A DNA stretch of 18,373 nucleotides, from positions 1 through 18,373 of the forward strand of contig JBKBRF010000078.1 of assembly GCA_046292385.1 (NCBI GenBank), in the 5' to 3' direction. This document shows, piece by piece, positions 7,090 through 18,373 of the stretch. The stretch is from Armatimonadota bacterium (GTDB taxonomy: Bacteria > Armatimonadota > SYMT01). The notes beneath the pieces were generated by a model, which had not been told where the DNA came from, searched no databases, and was given only the letters and a program-made list of their open reading frames with translations. The translations under genes and the position numbers were made by a program. Within the stretch, counting starts at the first letter, position 1; each line of letters begins with the position of its first letter.

Positions 7090-8286
7090 ATGCGCGACCG
7101 TGCTTCCGACCCGCTCGCCTCGGCCCTCGCCGCCGTCTCCGCCGAGCGGGCGGCGGCGTTCACGCTCGACCTGGTCCGCATCCGCAGCTACACCGGGGAG
7201 ACGAGGGAGGTCGCCCAGCGGTTCGTGGAAGAGCTCCGGAGCCTCGGCTTCGAGACGCAGCTCCACGACGCCTACCGCCAGACGCCGGTGGTCATCGGCC
7301 GGCTGCGCGGGACCGGCGGCGGCCCCACCCTGATCCTGAACGGGCACCTCGACACGGTGCCGATCCCGCACGCCGAGCCGGAGCGGCGCGACGGCTTCGT
7401 TTACGGCCGCGGCGCCGCCGACATGAAGGGGCCAATTGCGGCGGCGGTCGAGGCCGTGCGCGCCGCTCGTGTGGCCGGACTGCAGTTCCGCGGCGACCTC
7501 CTCTTCTGTGCCCACGGCCTGCACGAGGCGCCGGGCGGCACCTCCGAGGACCTGGCGGCAGCGATTGCCGACGGCGCCGTGCAGGGCGACGCGGCGGTGG
7601 TGCTGGAGCTGGGACACGATTCGCTCGTGGTGGTTCAGCTCGGCATGGGCATCTTCCGCGCCGTCTTCCGCCGGGCCGGCGCCGCCACCCACGAGCTGAA
7701 GACACCGGACCGGACTCCGAACCCCGCCCTCGCTGCGGCGGAGGCGGCGCTGGCGCTGGAAGAGCTCGACGAGCGGCTCCGGGCGGTAGAGATTCCGCAT
7801 GCCGGCCGGGAGAGTGTCTTCCTCGGGCAGATTCACGCCGGCGACTTCTACAATCGCCACGCGGAGAGCGCCTGGATCGAGGGCACCCGGCGCTACTCTC
7901 CGGAACGGCGCGCGGCGGATGCGGAGCGGGAGCTGCGCGCGCTCCTGGAACCGGTCGCCTCCCGCCGGGGCGTGTCCCTGGAGCTGAGTTTCCACTGCGT
8001 CCGGGAAGGCTGCCGGATCGATGAAAGCCACCCTCTCTCCCGGGCGCTGCGGCTCGCCTACCAGCAGGAAACCGGGGAGGATCTCCCCGTCCAGGGTTCC
8101 CGTGTGGTGGCGGACGCCGGCGTCTTCCATGCCGCGGGCATCCCCTGTCTCTACCACGGGCTGGCCGGGGAAGGAGCGCACGCCGACGTCGAGCGAGTCT
8201 CCGAGGCGGAGCTCTCCCGCGGCGCGCGGACCTACCTGCGCCTCCTGGCCTCCTACGTCGGGATTTGCCCTCCGTCCGCCGCTTGA
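7090..8286 (+). CDS. M20-family metallohydrolase (ArgE/DapE-like deacylase)
   Basis: GGAGG RBS. Motifs LILNGHLDTVP, YGRGAADMKG, VVLE, ADA and GAHADVE. The usual EE motif reads HE (HGLHEAP). Confidence 0.9.
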   Translation: MRDRASDPLASALAAVSAERAAAFTLDLVRIRSYTGETREVAQRFVEELRSLGFETQLHDAYRQTPVVIGRLRGTGGGPTLILNGHLDTVPIPHAEPERRDGFVYGRGAADMKGPIAAAVEAVRAARVAGLQFRGDLLFCAHGLHEAPGGTSEDLAAAIADGAVQGDAAVVLELGHDSLVVVQLGMGIFRAVFRRAGAATHELKTPDRTPNPALAAAEAALALEELDERLRAVEIPHAGRESVFLGQIHAGDFYNRHAESAWIEGTRRYSPERRAADAERELRALLEPVASRRGVSLELSFHCVREGCRIDESHPLSRALRLAYQQETGEDLPVQGSRVVADAGVFHAAGIPCLYHGLAGEGAHADVERVSEAELSRGARTYLRLLASYVGICPPSAA

Positions 8287-8461
8287 CCAGGGATCAGGCG
8301 AGCCTGCGACTGAAATATAGGCGTATTGCTGCAAGCATGTTGACCATGCGGGCGGGCCTGGGTTATACAGATTTCATTAAGCCCGTCGCCAGTGGGTCGG
8401 GCAAGCAAACAAGCTGCGGCTCTCCAGGCTTGCAGCCGTACTCCAGCGAGGGTTCCGACGC

Positions 8462-9289
8462 ATGTCCAGATCCGAAAGAAGAGGGTTCACCCTCATCGAG
8501 TTGTTGGTTGTTATCGCGATCATCGCGATACTTGCCGCCATCCTGTTCCCGGTCTTTGCACAGGCACGCGAGAAGGCGCGCTCCATCGGCTGTCTCAGCA
8601 ATGCGAAGCAGATGGGCACCGCGCTCCAGATGTACACGCAAGACTACGATGAGATGCTGGTGCCGTGGAACGCCCGGTTGGTCGCTCGCCTGGCGAACTG
8701 GGATCAGCCCCTCTACTACTGGGACTCGCTGCTGCAGCCCTATGTGAAGAGCGGCGCGCCCGACCGCCCGGTCGGACAGGCGGTGTTCGGCGGTGTGTGG
8801 CGCTGCCCTTCCACCCGTAATGCGGCCAGTTATCGCAGCTACGGATACAGCCAGTCGCTGATGTATGGTCCGTGGCCGCTGCAGAATGGGGTGAGCTACT
8901 ACCGCGCCGTTTCGCTAGCGGTACTGGACGCCCCGGCGCAGACCGTATTCGTGGGAGACGGCGGCCGCTTCGGCCGTCTCGCGCCGCCGTTCTGGGGCCA
9001 GACTTCCTTTGATCGCGGCGGAACTACCTCAAAGGTTCCGAACCCGGGGGTCGGGTCCACCTCATCCAGCTCTCTCGGAAACAATGGCTGGGAGTGGCCG
9101 GACATCCACAACGGCGGAGCCAACTACGTCTTCTGTGACGGCCACGCCAAGTGGATGAAGGCAGAGGTGGCCTTTCCACCCGGCATGAACGCGGTGCGCC
9201 GCATCGGAAAGCCCGCCTACAAGGCTTGCGCCGACTACTTCGCGGCGACCGCGGACGAGCGCGCGTGGTGCCTGTCGCTGTCGCGTTAG
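8462..9289 (+). CDS. DUF1559 / prepilin-type N-terminal cleavage-methylation domain protein with H-X9-DG motif
   Basis: [35 protein letters not shown]...CLSN.KQ...MY.QDYDE, WRCPS, and [16 protein letters not shown]. Confidence 0.95.
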   Translation: MSRSERRGFTLIELLVVIAIIAILAAILFPVFAQAREKARSIGCLSNAKQMGTALQMYTQDYDEMLVPWNARLVARLANWDQPLYYWDSLLQPYVKSGAPDRPVGQAVFGGVWRCPSTRNAASYRSYGYSQSLMYGPWPLQNGVSYYRAVSLAVLDAPAQTVFVGDGGRFGRLAPPFWGQTSFDRGGTTSKVPNPGVGSTSSSSLGNNGWEWPDIHNGGANYVFCDGHAKWMKAEVAFPPGMNAVRRIGKPAYKACADYFAATADERAWCLSLSR

Positions 9290-9314
9290 ACGGCTTCTCC
9301 ATTTCCGCATCTCA

Positions 9315-9348
9315 CCGAGCCCGACTGGATCCCGCCAGTCGGGCTCGG
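9315..9348. terminator. Perfect 14-bp stem hairpin downstream of the DUF1559 gene (terminator-like or 3' stabiliser; no U-tract)
   Basis: ccgagcccgactgg-atcccg-ccagtcgggctcgg. Confidence 0.55.
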
Positions 9349-9407
9349 CTGCGCTTGCCCCGAGGAGTTTCCACCGCCCCGCGCTCGATCCACGGGCGCT
9401 CCGTTTC

Positions 9408-9456
9408 TTGACACTCACCATCCCGATATGCAACACTCTATCCGGATAAACGGATG
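9408..9456 (+). promoter_or_regulatory. Probable metH promoter with a palindromic operator
   Basis: Perfect TTGACA (9408-9413) and a weak TG-C-AACACT -10-like element (9429-9437). The palindrome tATCCG-gataaa-CGGATg at 9439-9456 covers the predicted start site. Confidence 0.55.
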
Positions 9457-9517
9457 GATAACTTCCGGCATCTAAGCTGCGGCCTCGGCAGGACCCCGCC
9501 CACACCTGGATCCCACG

Positions 9518-13213
<3,696 letters not shown>

Positions 13214-13220
13214 TCCGACC

Positions 13221-13459
13221 GAACGCGAAGGCGCCAAGGGAGGGAAGAACGCGAAGAGGTCTGACGCGAACAGACAAAGCTTCTCGTGCGACCGGCGGTT
13301 CGGCAGTCCCGGAAGCTCTCGGGACTTCGGTTCTACGTAATGCTGAGTTCAGCCGCACGGGATTGCATTCGTCCACCAACACCCGCTCTTCCGATCCTTC
13401 GCGACCTTCGCCTGAACCTTCGCGTGTTCGCGTTCAGTTCGGGTTCTTCGCCTTCGCGT
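13221..13459. repeat. Inverted clusters of short CGCGAAG / CTTCGCG repeats
   Basis: gaacgcgaag, gcgccaag, gaacgcgaag and acgcgaa at 13221-13270, facing cttcgcg, cttcgcc, cttcgcg, ttcgcgttc, cttcgcc and cttcgcgt at 13397-13459. Confidence 0.7.
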
Positions 13460-13508
13460 AGAATGAGGAGGGGAGGCGTGCCCTCCCCTCGCTCCCGCGG
13501 AGGACTCG

Positions 13509-14300
13509 ATGCCGTCGCCGTTTCCTGGAATGGACCCGTATCTGGAGCAGGGCTCCGGCAGGCACTCGTTCCATACGCGGCTCGTCACCGGCATCGCGGA
13601 TGCGATCGAGCCGCTGCTGCCGCCCGGCTATTACGTCTCCGTCGAGGAGCGCACGTACATCGCCTTGCCGGACGGCGCCGAGCTTCAGCGCATCCCGGAC
13701 GTCGTCGTGGTGAGCCCCACGCCGCCGGGGGCGGAGGCGGGGTCCGGCGTCGGCGTGCTCCCGCGCTCGTATGAAGTGCTGGTTCCGGCTCCGGACCGGC
13801 TGCGGGAGCGCTACCTGGAGATCCGCGAGCTCGGCGGCTCCGAGCCGGTAGTGACGGTCCTTGAGGTGCTCTCTCCGACCAACAAGCGGCCCGGCCCCTG
13901 CCGCGACGACTACCTGGAGAAGCGCGGAGCGGTCCTGGCCAGCCGGAGCCACCGGGTGGAAGTCGATCTCCTGCGCCAGGGACCGCGGATGCCGGCGCTG
14001 GGAACGCCGGAAGGATGGGACTACAGCATTCTCGTGAGCCGCGCGGAGCGCCGGCCTGCCGCCGAGCTGGTCCCGTTCAGCGTGCGCGAGCCGTTTCCGC
14101 CGCTGCCGATCCCGCTCCATCCGGGGCAGCCCGAGCCGCGCGTCGACCTCGGCGCCGTCTTCACGCAGGTCTACGACCGCGGCCGCTATGCCGCGCGGGT
14201 AGACTACTCCCGTCCCCCCGATCCGGTGCTGGAGAGCGAGGACGCTGCCTGGGCGGCGGGGTTGCTGGCGGAGGTGCGGATGCCGGGCCTGGACCAGTAG
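13509..14300 (+). CDS. DUF4058 family protein (PD-(D/E)xK nuclease-like), copy 1
   Basis: GGAGG RBS. Motifs MPSPFPGMDPYLE, IPDV, ERYLEIR, LEVLSPTNKR, VEVDLLR, and DY..PP.P. Confidence 0.93.
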   Translation: MPSPFPGMDPYLEQGSGRHSFHTRLVTGIADAIEPLLPPGYYVSVEERTYIALPDGAELQRIPDVVVVSPTPPGAEAGSGVGVLPRSYEVLVPAPDRLRERYLEIRELGGSEPVVTVLEVLSPTNKRPGPCRDDYLEKRGAVLASRSHRVEVDLLRQGPRMPALGTPEGWDYSILVSRAERRPAAELVPFSVREPFPPLPIPLHPGQPEPRVDLGAVFTQVYDRGRYAARVDYSRPPDPVLESEDAAWAAGLLAEVRMPGLDQ

Positions 14301-14310
14301 GAGAAATCCG

Positions 14311-15057
14311 ATGCCGTCTCCGTTCCCTGGAATGGACCCGAATCTGGAGCAGCGCGGCGTGTGGCGCTCGCTACGCGCGCACCTGCTGGTGAGTATGGCG
14401 AACCGGATACAGCGGGAGGTTGATCCGCGCTACTGGGTGTCGGTGGAAGAGATCCTGTATCACGCCGTTCCGGATGAGGAATTCCTGCTTGGAAGTCGGC
14501 GGGCGAGTGTGCTGGCAAGTGTCGCCGCAGAATCTCGTCCCGTCGAGGTGGCGGTGCCGGTGCCGGAGGAGGTCCGGGAGCGGTACCTGGAGATCAAGGA
14601 GCCCCGCACTGGAGAAGTGATCACCGCGATCGGGCTGCTCTCGCCGAGCAACAAGCGCCCGGGGCCTGGCCGTGAGGCTTATCTCCGGAAGCGCGAAGCG
14701 ATCCTGGGCAGCCGGACAAATCTGGTAGAGATCGACCTGCTGCGAGACGGGGAGCGAATGCCGGTGCTGCGAGCGCCGTCCGGCTACGATTACAGCGTCC
14801 TGATCCACCGCTCGACGCGTGCGGCACGGGCTGCTCTCTACCCGTTCACGCTGCGTGAGGCTGCGCCCACGGTCCCGATCCCGCTGCGGCCGGGGGAAGC
14901 AGAGCCGACGATCGACCTCGCCGCGCTGTTGGTGGAGGTCTACGACGCCGGCGGCTTCTCCCTGATCCTCGACTACTCTGCCCCGCCGAATCCGCCGCTC
15001 CCGCCGGACGACGAGGCCTGGGCAGACGCGCTTCTTCGCGAGCGAGGTCTGCGATAA
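14311..15057 (+). CDS. DUF4058 family protein, copy 2 (motifs degenerate)
   Basis: MPSPFPGMDPNLE, ERYLEIK, IGLLSPSNKR, LVEIDLLR. Starts 10 bp after copy 1. Confidence 0.88.
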   Translation: MPSPFPGMDPNLEQRGVWRSLRAHLLVSMANRIQREVDPRYWVSVEEILYHAVPDEEFLLGSRRASVLASVAAESRPVEVAVPVPEEVRERYLEIKEPRTGEVITAIGLLSPSNKRPGPGREAYLRKREAILGSRTNLVEIDLLRDGERMPVLRAPSGYDYSVLIHRSTRAARAALYPFTLREAAPTVPIPLRPGEAEPTIDLAALLVEVYDAGGFSLILDYSAPPNPPLPPDDEAWADALLRERGLR

Positions 15058-15108
15058 GGTACCGGCGGCGGTTATGGCTTTTGGCGCACGCCAGGTAGGC
15101 TCACCCCT

Positions 15109-15277
15109 GGTGGGGACGTATCGAGTATTGCGTATTGCGTAGCGGCTCGCTGCGATCTCTTCACCATGAATCGTGCCGGGCGAAGCGCCCGGTTCAGCGT
15201 ATCGCCCGGCAGGATCCATCGGTGAAGCGCGCGAAGCACTCCGCTACGGAATACGCAATACTCGATACGCACCCACC
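15109..15277. repeat. ~170-bp rod-like inverted repeat built on CGTATTG-type heptamers (MITE/REP-like)
   Basis: 15117-15145 pairs with 15241-15269 at 28 of 29 positions. The inner arms 15159-15183 and 15202-15227 also pair. Confidence 0.88.
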
Positions 15278-15334
15278 GCCAGCGGAGCAACTCCCCCGGA
15301 AGTCCCCCACGCTGAGTGGAGAAGGAGGTCAGAC

Positions 15335-15592
15335 GTGTCCGAATCCCTCCGGGAGCTGATCCAGAGCCCCGGCCCTCATACCGCCGAGTCGCTTGCGGAG
15401 CGGCTGCCCGCGTTTCCGGTCGAGGCGATCCGGGAGGCGCTCGACGCGCTTGCGGCCCAGGGCGTGCTGGAACGGAGCGAGCGGCCGGACGGCACGCGCG
15501 AGTACCGGTACGTAGCGCCGGAGCTCTACGCGCAGGCGAACATGGACGTGATCAAAGACCCTTCCGCGCGCTTCAACCGGAGGCGGCGGTGA
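15335..15592 (+). CDS. Small winged-helix-like protein, 85 aa
   Basis: AAGGAGG RBS and GTG start. Helix-turn-helix-wing pattern TAESLAERL...VEAIREALDALAAQGVLER...REYRY. GTGA overlap with the next gene. Confidence 0.72.
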   Translation: MSESLRELIQSPGPHTAESLAERLPAFPVEAIREALDALAAQGVLERSERPDGTREYRYVAPELYAQANMDVIKDPSARFNRRRR

Positions 15593-16536
15593 GCCGGGTC
15601 GCCCTGGCACGCTGCGGCGGCTATGCGCCGGAGGGGGTGGGTGCCGCGCTCGATCAGGCGCTGTCCCTGCTCGGCGGGCTGGAGAGCTTCGTCCGAGCCG
15701 GCGACCGCGTGCTGGTGAAGCCGAACCTGCTAACGGCGCAGCCGCCGGAGAACGCCGCCACCACCCACCCGGCAGTAATCGACGCGCTTCTGGCCCGGTT
15801 AGTCGATCTCGGCGCGAGGCCACGGATCGGCGACTCGCCGGCGTTCGGCTGGGCGGCGCGCGTGGCAGACGGCTGTGGGGTGGGGGAGGTAGCCCGTCGG
15901 TACGGCGTGCCGGTCGTCGAGTTCAACCGCCCCGAGGCCGTAGCGAGCGCGCGCCCTGAGGTGCTGCGCCGGTTCATGATCGACCGCGAGGTGCTGGAGG
16001 CGGACGCCGTCATCAACGTGCCGAAGCTGAAGTCCCACCGGCAGCTCGGCTTCACCGCGGCGCTGAAGAACCTGTACGGCTGCATGCCCGGCAAGCGAAA
16101 AGCGTACTACCACATGGCGCGCGGGAACCGCGATGACGACTTCGCCCTCGTCCTGGCCGCCTTCGCCTACACGGTCGCTTCGACGCTCAACGTCGTCGAT
16201 GCGGTCGTCGCGATGGAGCGGGACGGCCCGTCCGGGGGAGATCCGCGCCCGGTGGGAGCGCTGGTAGCCGGTGTGGACCCGGCTGGCGTCGACGCCGTGA
16301 TCGCCGAGATGATCCGCGCGCCGCGCGCCGACCGATTGATCCTGAATGCGTGCCGCGAGCTCAGACTGGGCGCTCCGGACGCGGATACAATAGAGCTGCG
16401 CGGCGAGAGCCTGGCAGCGCTGACGGTGCCCGATTTCGTGCACCCGTACCTCATCGGGGTGCGCTTCAGCCCGGTCCGCCTGGCGCGGAGCGTGTGGCGG
16501 AACTTCCTGATCACGCGCGCGAGTGCCGTGCAGTAG
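15589..16536 (+). CDS. DUF362 domain protein (no C-terminal ferredoxin domain), 315 aa
   Basis: GDRVLVKPNLL, TTHP, IGDSP, ADAVINVPKLKSH, ALKNLYGC.PG..K, VVDAVVAME.DGP..G.PR, DPAGVD. GTG start at 15589. Confidence 0.88.
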   Translation: MSRVALARCGGYAPEGVGAALDQALSLLGGLESFVRAGDRVLVKPNLLTAQPPENAATTHPAVIDALLARLVDLGARPRIGDSPAFGWAARVADGCGVGEVARRYGVPVVEFNRPEAVASARPEVLRRFMIDREVLEADAVINVPKLKSHRQLGFTAALKNLYGCMPGKRKAYYHMARGNRDDDFALVLAAFAYTVASTLNVVDAVVAMERDGPSGGDPRPVGALVAGVDPAGVDAVIAEMIRAPRADRLILNACRELRLGAPDADTIELRGESLAALTVPDFVHPYLIGVRFSPVRLARSVWRNFLITRASAVQ

Positions 16537-16571
16537 TCCAGACGGCGATTGGGTCGCCGGGAGCAAGTGAG

Positions 16572-17765
16572 ATGAGTGAGCTGAACGGGTTTTCGCCGAT
16601 CCCGCCTCCGGGCGCGGACGTAACGCTGTCCAACGAAGAAATCCTCCGGTACGGGCGGCACCTGATCATGCCCGAGGTGGGGATGGAAGGACAGCGCCGG
16701 CTGAAGTCGGCCCGCGTGCTCCTGATCGGCACGGGCGGCCTCGGCTCCCCGCTCGGTCTCTACCTCGCCGCCGCCGGCGTGGGGACGCTGGGGCTGGTCG
16801 ACTTCGACGTGGTCGACTACAGCAACCTCCAGCGGCAGATCATCCACGGCACCAAAGACGTGGGCCGCTCCAAGCTGGAGTCGGCGCGAGACCGGATCCT
16901 CGACGTGAACCCGCACACCAACGTGGAAGGGTACGAGGCGCTCTTCACCTCGGAGAACGCGCTGGAGATCGTCAAGGAGTACGACATCGTCATCGACGGC
17001 ACCGACAACTTTCCCACCCGGTACCTGGTGAACGACGCGTGCGTGCTGACCGGCAAGCCAAACGTCTACGGCAGCATCTTCCGGTTCGAGGGCCAGGCGT
17101 CGCTCTTCTGGGCGGAGAAGGGTCCCTGCTACCGGTGCCTCTATCCGGAGCCGCCGCCGCCGGGAATGGTCCCGAGCTGCGCGGAAGGGGGCGTGCTGGG
17201 GATCCTGCCGGGCATCATCGGCTGCATCCAGGCAAACGAGGCAGTCAAGCTGATTCTCGGGATCGGCGAGCCGATGGTCGGGCGGCTCCTGCTGTTCGAC
17301 GCGCTCAAGCTGCGCTTCCGGGAGCTGAAGCTCCGCAAGGACCCGCAGTGCCCGATCTGCTCCGAGAACGCCACGATCAAGGAGCTGATCGACTACGAGG
17401 CGTTCTGCGGCATGCCGACGGGCCAGGAGGCAGCCCATACCGCGAAGGTGGAGGAGATCGAGCCGAAGGTGCTGGCGGAGCGGCTGCGCGGCGGCGACCG
17501 GCCCTACCTGCTCGACGTCCGCAATCCGGAAGAATGGGCGATCACCCGGCTGGAGGGCGCCAACCTGATCCCGCTGCCGGAGCTCGACCGCCGCTATCCG
17601 GAGCTGCCGGCGGATGCCGAGATCGTGGTCTACTGCCGCTCCGGCGGCCGCAGCGAAAAGGCCGCCGAGTTCCTGCAGAGCAAGGGCTACGGAAAGGTGA
17701 AGAACCTGCCCGGCGGCACGCTGCGGTGGTCCGACGAGATCGACCCGTCGATGCCGAAGTACTAG
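16572..17765 (+). CDS. moeB: MoeB/MoeZ-type sulfur-carrier adenylyltransferase fused to a rhodanese domain, 397 aa
   Basis: RYGRHLIMPEVG..GQ, GTGGLG, SNLQRQI, DGTDNFPTRY, CYRC and CPIC Zn sites, SCAEGGVLG, and rhodanese LDVR...YCRSGGRS. Start at ATG 16572. Confidence 0.93.
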   Translation: MSELNGFSPIPPPGADVTLSNEEILRYGRHLIMPEVGMEGQRRLKSARVLLIGTGGLGSPLGLYLAAAGVGTLGLVDFDVVDYSNLQRQIIHGTKDVGRSKLESARDRILDVNPHTNVEGYEALFTSENALEIVKEYDIVIDGTDNFPTRYLVNDACVLTGKPNVYGSIFRFEGQASLFWAEKGPCYRCLYPEPPPPGMVPSCAEGGVLGILPGIIGCIQANEAVKLILGIGEPMVGRLLLFDALKLRFRELKLRKDPQCPICSENATIKELIDYEAFCGMPTGQEAAHTAKVEEIEPKVLAERLRGGDRPYLLDVRNPEEWAITRLEGANLIPLPELDRRYPELPADAEIVVYCRSGGRSEKAAEFLQSKGYGKVKNLPGGTLRWSDEIDPSMPKY

Positions 17766-17777
17766 AGAGCGAGACGG

Positions 17778-17815
17778 ACGGGCCGGCGGTGGAGAGCCAC
17801 GCCGGTCCGTTTCGT
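17778..17815 (+). terminator. Probable intrinsic terminator after moeB
   Basis: Stem acgggccggc-g-gtgg / agag / ccac-gccggtccgt, followed by a short T-rich tail. Confidence 0.5.
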
Positions 17816-17833
17816 ACCGGTGGAGGTGGAGAG

Positions 17834-18310
17834 ATGTCGCTTGCCACGTCCCGCCCCGCAGTGCCCGCGCGGCTCACCGAGGATGAGTTCGAGCGCTGGT
17901 GCACGGAAGAGGTCCGCGCGGAGCTCGTAAACGGGAGGGTGGTCGTGATCTCTCCGGTGCCGGCTGAACACGATCAACTGCAGCTCTTCCTCACCTCGCT
18001 GCTTGGCGGTTACCTCGAGCTGCGACCGCAGGGGCGGTTAGCCGGCCCACGGTTTGAGGCGCGCCTCCGGCCTGGCCTTCGCTGCCTGCCGGACCTCCAC
18101 TTCGTCTCGAAAGAGCACCTGGATCGCGTCAAAGGCACGTATCTGGAAGGCGCTCCGGACGCCGCCTTCGAGATCGTCTCTCCCGACAGCGTGGGGCGGG
18201 ACTGGCGGGACAAGTACAGCGACTACGAAGCCGCAGGGGTGCGTGAGTACTGGCCCAAGTTCCGCAGTTGGTGGTGGCAGATTACTGCCACCACCTTTTT
18301 TCGTGCCTGA
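17834..18310 (+). pseudogene. Uma2-family (DUF820) endonuclease, C-terminally truncated at ~18253
   Basis: GGAGG RBS and ATG 17834. Motifs ELVNG, H..L, PDL.FV, GAPD.AFEIVSP, K...Y..AGVREYW. The expected IIDP and the remaining strands are replaced by unrelated PKFRSWWWQITATTFFRA*. Confidence 0.75.
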
Positions 18311-18373
18311 CTGGCGGTTGCGCTACGAGGTCTCCACCGAGTTACAGGCATGGCTGCCGCCGCATTGCCCGTG
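18254..18373. mobile_element. Probable end of an insertion sequence (IS1634-like terminus) inserted in the Uma2 gene
   Basis: Homology breaks abruptly after the EYW codons and the sequence begins CCCAAGTTCCGCAG, which from memory resembles IS1634-family termini. The transposase and the other end are not in the window. Confidence 0.5.
18270..18301 (+). terminator. Strong intrinsic terminator just inside the putative IS end
   Basis: Perfect 11-bp stem ggtggtggcag-atta-ctgccaccacc followed by TTTTTT. Confidence 0.8.

Overview
High-GC bacterial chromosomal window. The DUF1559 prepilin-like gene ([12 protein letters not shown] signature) together with DUF4058 and Uma2 genes suggests Armatimonadota or a similar lineage, which is an inference. 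The left part (minus strand) holds a GHL10/YddW-like glycoside hydrolase, a beta-lactamase-fold serine hydrolase, and a tightly linked pair of exported proteins: a lysyl-oxidase (LOX)-fold protein and a di-heme cytochrome c peroxidase/MauG-family protein. The di-heme gene runs off the left edge and is missing from the ORF track. The right part (plus strand) holds a small signal-peptide-like ORF coupled to a VOC gene, hfq-dapF, an M20 metallohydrolase, a DUF1559 gene, metH, two DUF4058 paralogs, a wHTH-DUF362-moeB/moeZ cluster, and a Uma2 nuclease gene apparently truncated by an IS end at the right edge. Intergenic spaces carry several long inverted repeats. The top candidate for a new system is the LOX-fold protein. 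It has no histidine at all, so the copper site is lost, but it keeps the LTQ-precursor Lys and Tyr, and it lies 20 bp upstream of the MauG-like di-heme gene. This suggests heme-enzyme-dependent, copper-free modification of a LOX-fold partner. All family assignments come from motif recognition by eye; no searches were run.
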